Shown here: positions 51,470 to 63,179 of the stretch, piece by piece
How positions within the stretch are numbered: the stretch's first letter is position 1
How the letters are laid out: each line of letters opens with the position of its first letter
Source: Ginglymostoma cirratum
Lineage: Eukaryota
Length of the DNA: 64,000 nucleotides
Assembly: GCA_024137785.1 (NCBI GenBank)
Contig: JAHRHZ010000263.1
Location: 23,581,254 to 23,645,253 of the forward strand
Direction: 5' to 3'
Notes under the pieces: generated by a model
What the model saw: only the letters and a program-made list of their open reading frames with translations
Database searches by the model: none
Told to the model about the DNA's origin: nothing
Program-made: the position numbers and the translations under genes

Positions 51470-53062
51470 TGAGAGACTATTTTCCATGCACAGAGCCATG
51501 TTGACACTCTAATCAGTCCTTGCCTTTCCAAATACATGTAAATCCTGTCCCTCAGAATTCGCTCCAACAACTTGCCCACCACCAATGTCACCGGTCTGTA
51601 GTAACCTGGCTTTCCCTTACCACATTTCATAAATAGTGGCACCATGTTAGCCAACCTCCAGTCTTCCAGCAGCTTGCTTATGGCTATCAATGATGCAGAT
51701 ATCTTGGCAAACGGCCCAGCAATCATTTCCCTAGCTTCCCACAGGATTCTAGGGTACGCCTGATCAGGTCCTGGGGATTTATCCACCTCTGTTTTTAAAC
51801 CGCCCAGCATCACCACCTCTGTATTTTGGACACTTTTCTCATTAACTTAATTGAGTTTTTTCAAGAAGTAACAAAGAGGACTGATGAGGGCAGAGCAGTG
51901 GACATGATCTATATGGACTTAAGTAAAGTGTTCATCAAGGTTCCTAATAGTAGACTGGTTAGCAAAGTTAAATCATATGGAACATAGGGAGAACTAGCCA
52001 ATTGGATACAGAACCGGCTTGAAGGTAGAGAACAGAGGGTGATGGTGGAGGGTTGCTTTTCAGACTGGAGGCCTATGACCAGCAGTGTGCCACAAGGATT
52101 GGTGCAGGGTTCACTGCTTTTTGTCATTTTAGGTGAATGTAGGAGATATGGTTCGTAAGTTTGCAGATGACTCCAAAATTAGAGTGTAGTGGACAGTGAA
52201 GAAGATAACCTCAGTACAATGGGATCTTGATCAGATGGGCCAATGGATTAAGGAGTGGCAGATGGAGTTTAATTTAGATAAATATGAGGTGCTGCGTTAT
52301 GGAAAGGCAAATCGGGGCAGGACTTGTACACTTAATGGAGTGTGGCTGAAGAAAGAGATCTTGGAATGCAGGTTCATAGTTCCTTGAAAGTAGAGCCGCA
52401 GGTAGATGGGACAGTGAAGGTGGTGTTAGGTATGCTTATCTTTATTGTTCAGTGCATTGAGTATAGGAGTTGGGAGGCTATGTTGCGGCTGTACAGGACA
52501 TTGGTCGGGCCACTACTGGAAAACTGTGTGTAATTCTGGTCTCCCTGCTATAGGAAGGATTTTGTGAAACTTGAAAAGGTTTAAAAAAAATTTACAAGGA
52601 TTTTGCCAGGGTTGGAGGGTTTGAGCTACAGGGAGAGGCTGAGTAGGCTGGGGCTGTTTTCCCTGGAGCATCAGAGGCTCAGCAGTGGCCTTATCGAAGT
52701 TTATAAAATCATGAGGGGCATAGATAAGGTGAACAGCTAATGTCTTTTCCCCAGAGGAGTCCAAAACTAGAGGGTATAGATTTAAGGTGAGAGGGGAAAG
52801 ATTTAAAAGGGACCTAAGGGGCAACTTTTTCATGCAGAGGGTGGTGCACGTATGGAATGAGCTGCCAGAGGAAGTGGTGGAGGCTGATATAATTCCATCA
52901 TTTAAAAGGCATCTGAATGGGTATATGAATAGGAAGGGTTTAGAGGGATATGGGCTAAATGCTGGCAAATGGGACTAGATTTATTTAGGATATCTGGTCA
53001 GCATGGATGAGTTGGACCAAAAGGGTCTGTGTCCATGCTGTACATCTCTATGATTCTGTGAC
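51470..53062 (+). mobile_element. CR1 LINE with inverted 5' segment
   Basis: 51470-51837 (-) encodes VDKSPGPD...YRPVTLVVGKLLERI...HGxVHGK. 51838-53062 (+) continues NLIEFFQEVTK through to the 3' tail ctctatgattct. Confidence 0.88.
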
Positions 53063-54246
53063 TGATGTGAGGCTCGTGCACCCAGGGAGTTTGGTATCTA
53101 GATCATGGAAGTTGTGTTTGGGAGATGGAGGAAATTGTGTAGACCTACTGGTACTTGATTACTGGGTGGGGACAGGAAACAGATAACCAGATTAATGGAG
53201 CCTTGGACTGACTGAGACAGTTAAAAGAATTAAGTTCCCAAAGACGTCTAGATGGATATGGAGAGCAGGGACTGAGTAATCAATAGGGTAGAATTATTTC
53301 TTCAGCCTTCTCCAGGGATCTGAAATTGCAAATTGAGTGAGATTTATTCTGAGAGTATGGCAGCCTGCCGTACTGACTGGACCCAGACTGAAGCCATGTT
53401 AACATTTATGGCCAGGTGTCCAGATGGCAGAAATGCACCAGGCAACCAGCATGCAGGTGAAATGGCAGAGAAGGAAGGAAATCCTTAACACTAGGCTGCT
53501 GAATAGTGAATAGGTGAGAAGTGGATGGTTATGCTGAACTGGAAGTAGATTTGTAATCCATTTGAAAAGGGGTTTTCCAACCAAATTAATTTGGGAAACA
53601 CAATAAGGTTCGTGCAGATGACAATTTGTGCATAGCTAGACTCCACAAGCATCATCAAAATAACTGATCAAATAAGCTGGTTTGATGTTATCAGTAGATA
53701 GTTATCGGCTGGAAATAGGTGAACTTTATCGCTGCTCTGTGTTATCAAGAGATCCATAATGCCAGTCTGAACAGACAGTGAAGGCCTTAGTCTCAGGCTT
53801 CAATTGAAAAGCAAATCTCATTCAATTCTGCACAAAGCTGGGAAAATCTCTATGCATTCGCAGAGTTGAAGGTCAACTCCCCTATTGTTAGATCCAATGT
53901 GCTTATCTGAGTCTACAGCCTTTTACCTTAGAGAGTGGTAGTAAGCAGCCATTCAAAGTGCATAGTGAAATTCTCTCTCCCTAAAGAAGCTATCAGTGAC
54001 ACTGGCCCATAGTTGACTCTGGTATTCCTGCTGGTGCAAGCAAACTTGTAAAATGAATGAAGCATCAATAGGTAAACATACAACATATAAGAAAGCCTGT
54101 GATAATGAAGAAGTCTGTTGGTAACCTGATATATTTAAACAAAGGATGAAAGGCAGGTGAAAGTTTGCAAAGAGGCATGTAGATTGACGTGTGAGAACGT
54201 GGATATCATAAAAGACAGTTATAATAATACTTGTTTTTGCTTACAG

Positions 54247-54319
54247 AGGCAAGCTAACAGCAGCAGCTCACCCAGCCTGTTGAGTGATTGTGCCAAAGCA
54301 TATGCTTGTGCAGGACATG
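54247..54319 (+). CDS. PAN3: PAN3 coding exon 3
   Basis: Acceptor ttgtttttgcttacag|, donor CATG|gtaaag. 73 nt, phase 0 to 1. Encodes RQANSSSSPSLLSDCAKAYACAGH, similar to recalled mammalian RMTNSSSSPSLLNDSAKPY. Confidence 0.93.
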
Positions 54320-55424
54320 GTAAAGTATTTTACTGTAATTCAGTTGTGTATATTTTAGAAAAATGTAGTATATTATAGGTACTTTCTGTGATTTAGTTTG
54401 CTAAATGTGGGCACTGGGAGGGGGAGAGTGTGTTGGTAGGGTTATGATTTTTGACATTCTTTGTTTTGAGAAACTCATGTTCCTGATGTTTACCTAACTC
54501 ATTCTTTTTAACATTACTGTGCTCTGAAGCAAGTTCGATGTATCCAACTCAGTTTGCTTGTAATGCAGTAAATATCCAATGTAAATTTTAAAATTACATG
54601 ATTGTCCTTATTTGATTTGGTTCTGGCTCTGGCTCTGATTTGAGAAATCAAACCTTGCATTTTGATAAAATACAAATTTTAATTTGACACGTTATAGAAG
54701 GCATATTTTGGAAACAGATTATTTAAATATGGTTTTTGTGTATCATTTAAGGATTATGTATTTTCTACCTTTTTACTCAATTAATGTGTATTGGCAGTCC
54801 TGTGGAATGCTGGGACATTCCTTTTTGTAAGTAATACCTTCCCTCTTTCTGCACCTTATCATCTTTTATACCACAGAAATAATAATTAGTCAGTCCACTC
54901 AATTTCCACTTTACAAATTGATTCAGTAATTTCAAGGATGGCAGAGACTTGGGAAGTAACTGTGTTCTGGAATCAAGAAGTAGGAGAAAATAATTTGTAA
55001 TGTAAAATATCTGAGAAAATGTATAGGAGTGTAGAATATGCTGGAGCAAAAGCTTTGCTAATCAATAATAATGGAGCAATACACTTTAAAAGAATAATTT
55101 GCTGTGTAGAAACAATTAACTGATGTCTGTGAATTGAACATCATTTTTAAAAGAAAACTAATTTGTGATGCAGATATGGGTGCATTTCTTATTGATTCTA
55201 AAATGTCATTTAGAAAATAAAGGATTTGTCCTTGTGCATGTCATGCTATGTAGGAAATTCCAAGATTAGGAACTCCTTATGGAGAAGGAATGGAAGTATA
55301 TGTCTAAATTGAAAAAGTTGGTAATTTTAGGGAATTCAGAGATGGTGTTTCCATTGATCTTATTATTCTAGTTCTTTGTGGTGGAGGTCACGGGTTGAAC
55401 GGTGCTATTAAAGCAAATAAGGTG

Positions 55425-56570
55425 TTATTAAATCAACAGAATACCAATGGATTCCCAATATCAGGACTGATTGCAGAAGCAGTAATACAGAATTTAGAAT
55501 GGACAGCCCTCCCCACTATACAACCCAAACTTTGGGTCCAATATGTAGACAACACCTTCATGATTATTAAACACATGAAACTAGAAGAAACTCACCGACA
55601 TATATACAACATCCTTACTGGGATAAAATTCACGAAAGAAGAAAACAACAACCGATTACCCTTCCTGGACATGATAGTCGAACTCAAAAACGATGGGAAC
55701 ACCAGACTAGCGTACATAGCAATACCGCACAAACAACCAGATACTGAATTACACTAGCAACGACCCCAATGCCCACAAACAGAGATGCATCAGGACACTA
55801 TTTAAACAAGCCACAATACATTGCAGCAACCTGGAACTAAGCAAAGCAGAGCAGGAGCATTTACATGGAGTCTTCGAAAGGAATGGATACCTGAGAAGCA
55901 CAATCCGCCGTTACCTCCAAAACAGATTGCAACAGGAAGACGCAACCTGATCAGGCTCATTAATCACCCTACAATACATCAAGGACACTTCAGAGATGAC
56001 CACAAGACTACTGAGACCCCTAGGTATCAGAGTAGCTCTCAAACCAGCAGCCCCCTACGACAGCTACTGACAAGCGTAATGGATCCTATACCCAAAACCA
56101 GCAAAATGGTATAACATACAAAATACCATGCAAGGACTGTGAGAAACACTACCTAGGCTAAATGGGAAGAAAACTGGCAATAAGGTTACATGAACACCAA
56201 CTAGCCACCAAGAGACACGACCAATTCTCACTTGTCTCACTACACACCGGCAATGAGGGACACTAATTCGACTGGGACCACACTTCTGTTATCGCACAAG
56301 TCAGACAGACATGCCAGGGAATTCTTTGAGGCCCAGTATGCCAACTGGAGCTCCATCAACAAATGCATTGGATGAGAACCTGTGTATAAACCACTGAGAA
56401 ACAGAATCTGAAGTAATACCAACCACCCCAGCAAACTGAGGCATATAAATAACAAGCAGGACAGAACACCGACGTTTCACCGGAGGTGCCCTGCCGATGT
56501 TACCTAGCAGGGTGACGAAACATTTGCATCCAAACCCACTGGCTTAGCAAGCATGTCTATGACGTCCAGT
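55425..56570 (+). mobile_element. 5'-truncated Penelope-like element (Poseidon-type RT plus GIY-YIG) with 3' hammerhead-like terminus
   Basis: RT: GFPISGLIAEAVIQNLE...KLWVQYVDNTF...IKFTKEENNNRLPFLD. GIY-YIG: ITYKIPCKDCEKHYLG*MGRKLAIRLHEH (about 56110-56197). Core CTGCCGA-T-GTTACC..GGTGAC-GAAA-CATT at 56491-56524. Confidence 0.88.
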
Positions 56571-58809
56571 ATAACTATTTCAGTGCACTTCTGATTTGGT
56601 ATCTTTACAACTGACAAAACTTGTAAGGTCTGAAGAGATGGGCTCATTCAATGCAATATTATTAAGTCTCTGCCCTGGTTTTGTAGCTGCGGTGTTATTG
56701 AGACTGGTCCAAATAAGCTTTTGGTAATTGGTGATCTATGTAGTATTGTCGTAGGGAGCTTGCTAGCTGTGCTGAAGTTACGGGGGAAGGCAGCCAGATA
56801 TAATCAATAACTGGCTTAAATGTTAACTATCAGTAGTTAGCCAAAACCTAGATGTTGCCCAGGTTTTGTAAGAAGGTATGGGCTACATTATTAGTGTTGT
56901 GAATGGAACCAACACTGAGGAATCATTAGCAAACAAACCAGTACTAGTGTTACGACAGAGTCTTTGAAGAAGCTGAAGTTGCTTAGGAAAAGGAAACTTC
57001 ACTATTGCGGTGTTCTGGGTACGCAATTGTAAGTGCCTAGCAACCATAGTGCATCAACTGCCAAACCTTTCCCTTCCACCCCCAAAAAAGGTCCAGAATG
57101 GCCAGTATTTTGTGAAAGAGGAAACCTGTTAAAGTGAGGAGGTGCTGAGCATACTTTGCCAGTAGCAGGGACCTTTTGGTTTTCCACACCAGTTTTCCCC
57201 ATGGTGTCGCTCTTGTCACAGCCAAACCTGGCATTAAATTCCCAGAAGGATGATATTTTCTTTTGCGATGGCTGTTTGGGGGTTCAACATCAGAACATCT
57301 CATTGAGTTGAGTCTTGGGGCATAAGCTCTGATGATTGTGTCATGTTGTTCAGTTGTAGGGGAAATCTCATTTGTGTTTCATTGATTATAAATAACAGTG
57401 CATGCAAGATCCTATTTCAGAGGGTAAAACCAACTCATTAAAATTGAAGGTTGCTGTCTCCCTTTCAATTTCAGTAAGTGTATCCCCTGCTTCTTCCATT
57501 TAACTGTTCTTACCTATGAATGAGAGTGTCATTGAGAATGGCAATATCAATTTGGTGTTTTTATAGCTCATGTAAGAATGCATGTCTTCTTGCTGGATGG
57601 TTGCTGTTGAGATTTATTCTCAAGTATTTTTATTCCAAGTTACACATTTTTAAAATTTTACTTTTTATCGAGCACAAAGATAACAAACCAACAGGGTGTC
57701 ATCCCCTAGCCAGGAGAAAGTAGAATACCCAATTTTCAAGACAATTTTTCTTCTTACTAAACCCTTCTCTTTCCCCACTCACCCCAAAAAAGATGAACCA
57801 ACCAACATTTGGAGAGCAGCTGTTAGCCTGAAGAAGACCACTGAGTCATAGATGCTGCTGTCCAAAAAACAGCTCTGGCCAATAAAAATGTACAACCACC
57901 TTCATGCATCCGACGTTTGTTTACAGATTCTTGACTAGGGACTTTCTGGTTCCCAGCCCTGACCCATGCCAAATCTCTTAATGCCACAGAGTTTGACAAA
58001 TGAACTCTGGCAGAAAACTGCAGAGGGCTTTCTTTTAAGTAGGGACTTATAGGGTGCCATCACTAACTGCATCATCCTAATGGATTGGTGGTCAGATTAC
58101 ATGGTCACAGATGTCAAGTTATAACGTCCAGGACTGCTTGCCGCTGTAACCACCTTCCACCTTTGCAACTGGTGAGATGCATGTTTTTCATTCAGTATTA
58201 TGCCACTGAGGAATTTTTGGACTCCTCTTTGGTACTTCTCCCAATTATGTCACCATGGATGGCACCAACCTTTGGAGCAAGGAGCTTTCAACAGCATCAC
58301 TGAAGGGATTGTTGGAACATGTGACCCTCTCAACCACATCAGGGTCAGTGTGACAATTCACATAGAGCTCTTAATTAATTTTGTATAAAGCAAGTGTTTG
58401 GAGGAAAAAAATAGCTGCAGCATGATCATTAAGAATATTGCACCTGTCTTTTTTTAAAGGTTGTATTAGATATGCATTTGACTTTGCATATTATACCATA
58501 GTTTCCTAGCATTTCTGTATTATAATCATGGACTTTGTGGAATAAGTCTTTGTAAAAAATAAAAAAAAAATAAAAATTTTACAACATGTAAGGAGGTCAT
58601 TTGATCCACTGTGCATGGTAGCATTTGGGAAGAGCTGTCCACTTAATCTCATTAATCATTTAAAAATTTTTTTTTATAAATGTGAAAATTAAAATATTAA
58701 CCACTTAAAGAGAATATTATTAACAGCTGGAGAAGATATCATAATTTAAATACCTTATGGAGTAATCACCTACTGCATTACATCTAAAGAAATTGGAGCT
58801 AGTTTAGAA

Positions 58810-59327
58810 TTGGCATAGATGTCTTCCAGTGGTCAGTGTATACCCATGGATGGTGATATCTCGTATTTTGTAAGGCGTGATTTTGAGAGCGTAATTATGT
58901 AATACTGTTGCTTAACTATTTTATGAGACCGGTCTCCCAGCTTTGGCACTAGCTTCCAGATGTTAGTAAAGTGGATTTTGTGGGTCAGTAGGACTGGATT
59001 TGCTGCTGCTGTTTCCTAACTTAAGTTGAATTCATTCCCTGGAGTTTTAGCAGTTCGATGCAACTGCGTGCTCAGCTATGTTAGAGGGCACTTAAGAGTC
59101 TACCACATGGATGTGATTCTGAAGTCACATGTTAGCCAGACCAGGCAACAACAGATTTCCTTCCGTAAAGAATATTGGTGAACCAGATGAGTTTTTAGAA
59201 CAATTGACTTTCTAAATTCTAGAATTTATAAGTTAAATATTAAATTTTGCCAGCTGCCATGTTGGAATTTATGCTCCCAGAGTATTGGCCTGGACATCTG
59301 GATGAGCAGATCATACCACTACACCCC
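58810..59327 (-). mobile_element. 5' end of the L2/CR1-group LINE family (tRNA-like head plus APE start)
   Basis: The - strand begins GGTGTAGTGGT..., passes through the same 5' block as 150-420, then reads TNIWKLVPKLGDRSHKIVKQQ. Confidence 0.7.
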
Positions 59328-59984
59328 AATCTCTCTCCTCTCTGATCCGCTTCTTGTAACCAATTTTGCTATTTATAAGTCCAAGATTCCACTTTCTAAT
59401 CATGTTCTGCCACCTTCCATGATGTACATACCTTCCCTCTCCAGTTTCTCTAACCTCGTGTGTTGTTTAGAACTGTATCGTTAAGTTTATTTGCCTCTCC
59501 CTCAACCTTGTTTGCAAATGCATCACTTCACACTTCTTTGCATAAATTCCACCTTCCACTTGTCTGCTTGTTCTGCTAACCAATCTGTGTCCTGTAGCAG
59601 TATATTTGTATCATTTTTAATGTTTGTCACACTTGCCAAGTTTGTATTGCTGGCACAGTTTGAAGTTTTACTCTATATTCCAATATCTAAGTCCTTTACA
59701 TGTACTCAATCAAAGCAGGAGCCACAGCACTGAGTGGGGAATATCTGTGTCTACTATCCTTCAGTCTGAAAAATCTTTACCATGATTCATTATTTTCTGT
59801 CTGTCATGCGTGTTTTTAATCCATGCTGGCACTGACTCATCCATTCTTGTGAGCACCAATTTTGTTTGCTGGCATTTTGTGATCCTTTGTCGAGTACTTT
59901 AAAATCTAGACAATATTAACTCCGTTTCCTTCAACAGTCTTGTTTAGTACTTCATCAGAAACTTCAACTAGATTAATGAAGTGT

Positions 59985-60122
59985 GAAAATAAGACAAAGA
60001 ACTCTGGACAGTAGAAATCTGAAACAAAAATCGAAAGTGCTTGAGAAACTCAGCAGGTCTGGCATCATCTTTAGAGGGAAAAACAGTTAATATTTTGAGT
60101 CCTGTGACCCTTTGTCAGAAAG
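59985..60122 (-). mobile_element. Decayed PLE-terminus insertion
   Basis: The - strand reads ttctgacaaagggtcacaggactcaaaatattaactg...ccagacctgctgagtttctc; family of 22260-22400. Confidence 0.7.
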
Positions 60123-60763
60123 AAGAAACCTCTCAATTCTCCTATTTATTATTTTAAAAATCTTTCATCCCAGAGATGTTAAACTGACAGATACTTAGAC
60201 TGCCTTTATATCTATCCTTGAAATAAAGATAACACACTTGCCACTCACGAATCTCCCCAATATCAGGGAAACATTAGAAGATTGTGACAAGCTCTTCTGC
60301 TATTTCTCCACCACTTCATTTAGTAACATGCGATGTTAGCTTCCTTTTAAGCTTTTCCAGTATGTCCTGTTTCAGTTTTTATTCCATCCATTACCTTTGC
60401 CATCTCAATTTTTGCCAATGTTTTGTCAGCATTGTTTAAGGATACCCTGATAAAGTACTTAAGTATTTTAACTTTGCCCTTCATGCAAAACATCCTAATA
60501 GTACCACCTGCTTTACTATTTAGGTGCCTGAGAACTTTTGGATTCCCTTTTATTTTGAATGTCGTTCTGTTCTCCCATTCTTTCTTTTTTTTTAAGTCTT
60601 ATTTTCCTTTACAGTCTTCTCCATCCCATCCTGCCTTCCCCCCACCCCCCCCTTTACCTGAGTCTTGCTTGAAGAATTTGCATGCTGTGCAAATTGCATT
60701 TTATTCTGCTTCATCACTTTTTTTCTTTTGTTCAATATCCAAAAGGCTCCTCTTGATTTCAAA

Positions 60764-60861
60764 TGTGGGTTATAGGGGGATGGGTCTGGGTGGAACGCTC
60801 TGAGGTTCAGTGTGGACTTGTTGGGCCGAAGGACCTGTTTCCACACTGTAGGGATTCTAAT
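60764..60861 (+). mobile_element. HE1-like SINE 3' fragment
   Basis: Reverse complement of 20661-20758 with about 9 mismatches in 98 nt. Confidence 0.85.
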
Positions 60862-61044
60862 ATACTTGGAGAAATTAGCCTGCACTGAAAGTCTCCTGCT
60901 TTTTAAAAAAGAAACCATTGTTCTGTTCCAATTGTTACTGTCAATCTTTGTTGTAGTTAAACCTAAATATTGGAGTGGTTGATTGGCAGTGATGAAATTA
61001 TGATGTCAAAAGAATACTTGTGTTCGCATGACACACACAGGAGC

Positions 61045-61470
61045 TTCTGGGCTTGTTTCCACTGGAGTTTAGAAAAATGAGGGGTGACTTGAATGAGGGT
61101 AATATATCCTGAACAGCTGTGACAAGGTGCACATGTAAAGGCTGCATCCTCCTGTGGGTGAAACCAGAACCTTTTGGAACTGGGAGTACCGTTTTTAAAA
61201 TTAATGGTCTCCCTAATGAGTTTATTTTGTGGATGGCTTGTGTGACTTTGGAACTGCCTGCCTAAGGCAGCAGTGGAGGCATGGTCACTGGAATACTTTT
61301 TGGTGGGGGTAGATGGTTTCTTGTTAGGCTTAACAATCAAAGCTTGTTGGGGGTCGATTGGAATGCGGGATTCAAAACACAATCAGCCCAGTTGTGATCT
61401 TACTGAACGATGATTCAGGCTTGAAGCACTGAATGGCCCATTTCTGCTACTAATTCATATGTTCATATCA
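61045..61470 (+). mobile_element. Decayed CR1 3' fragment
   Basis: ctgggcttgtttccactggagtttagaaaaatgaggggtgactt (LEFRKMRGDL); tail ttcatatgttcata. Confidence 0.7.
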
Positions 61471-61729
61471 TGTAGTGCCCTTAAGTATTTGAGGCAGACA
61501 ACGATATGGTTTTTGCAAATGTAGTAATAGAAAAATAAAGCTCTGCATCTTTTGGACATTCGCATTTAACTGTGCATCTGTCATAATAAGAAATTGCTAC
61601 ACCATTTTCACACAATGGTGAATGCCATTGGCCTCATTATTAGCCTCGTTCAATTCTGGCTCAATATAACTGAGTATATGTAGGGAATACTAATTGGTTT
61701 GTAACTGAAGATTCAAACTTATTTTGCAG

Positions 61730-61797
61730 ATCAACTAAATTTACCTGCCTCATTGTTCAGTGATTTCTCTGGCCTCAGCATTTGTCAACGGAGAAAG
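61730..61797 (+). CDS. PAN3: PAN3 coding exon 4
   Basis: Acceptor cttattttgcag|, donor AAG|gtaggt. 68 nt, phase 1 to 0. Encodes (D)QLNLPASLFSDFSGLSICQRRK, similar to recalled mammalian DPLTSPASSLFNDFGALNISQRRK. Too short for the ORF track; found by reading the sequence. Confidence 0.9.
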
Positions 61798-63179
61798 GTA
61801 GGTAGTTTGACTACATTTTTAATTGCAAAGTGACTTAATTATTTTCTTTTCTTTGTATTTCTGTTCCTCAGTCAACTCAAAAGATCCATTCTCCTGCGCC
61901 TTTATCATGGAGGGAGAGGAAAATTATGAAAAATGAACCCTTTCAACCAAAAAGATGAAATTAAATGACATTTGTATCTCTTATATTTACAGACACTACT
62001 GCATAGTTCTGTTCAAACCTTAAAATAACTGTTCACTGGAGGGGCAATGGAAAGTTAAATACTGAACAAAGTTCTAAAACAGAACAAATCCGGAATCCAG
62101 TTCAAATGATGCCATAAGCCATGCTGCCAAAAAAGTGCAGGCATTATTCTGAACTGTGATGCCAAGTGAAAGTTTTGTACCATGTGGTATCTCTTTAGTA
62201 GGTAATCATTATTTTCTTTGCGGTGGTACTTAGAAAATACACTGGTAATTTCTCTCTTGAATATATTTCGCAGCAATGATTGTCATTTCTTGTACTCAAA
62301 GTGCTCTTGCCTAACTGATCCTCTTACAATGTGGACATCCCCAGTGCTTTGCTTCATTCAAACTGAAACAGTTAGAATTGAATGAAGCTACTTAATGCAG
62401 TTCAAAAAATGTACGATCTTGACATTGAAATAGCTAGTTATTATAGCTTAACTTTTGGAATGTGATGCTGTCTGATCAATTCATTGATCGGTTTGCTGTA
62501 TTGCTTTGTAAACTCTTCTTTATTAAATCAATGCATATACCTTTCGCTGATGCATATATTCTGATAGATACTGATAAAATTTATTCTGATATTTCTGGTG
62601 TGGTGCAAGTGAACAAATTTTTTTTTTTTTAATTGCACTTCTAAATAACTTGAAAAATTCACAACAAACATCAGTCTTGTACTTGGACATTTGAATCAAT
62701 TAGATTTTCTCAGCTAGTTTGCCAAATGTGAATGGCTGGTCAAATTAGTTTAGTTGTAAGGTAAGCTTTCATTTTTGCCCAACTAACTTGGAAAATAACT
62801 TTAAATGTCTTAATTTTCTTTTAAATGTGAAGGAGCACTTGGCTTCTCAGTGTAAACTCAAAACTTGGTTGCAGTTTTGCCTCTCTAAAAGTTGAGAGTT
62901 TAAATTGTCCTCCAGGACAAAACTCTGCCATACAAAAAGATCCTTTCTCGTTTTATTTTCTGCTTAATTTGTCCTATGTGCCTGTCTATCTATCATCTTT
63001 TGTTTTATTTCCACTCCAACCAAGACTTTGCACTGTAATATGAATAGGCAGAGTAAATCAAAGCTGCCTATCCTTGTCTGAGGAATACTGCATGCTGATA
63101 AACAAAGTATTTCAGTGGAAGGGAAAATACTAGAATACTTTGAATGGTATGACCATAGTGTTTTTAGACTTCACTGATG

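Noticed and set aside
61993-62030. Possible PAN3 exon 5 after ttatatttacag
   Set aside because: In-frame stop after 11 codons and no similarity to the expected next PAN3 segment (PAM2-containing TPNPTASEFIP-like sequence), which I did not find in the window.
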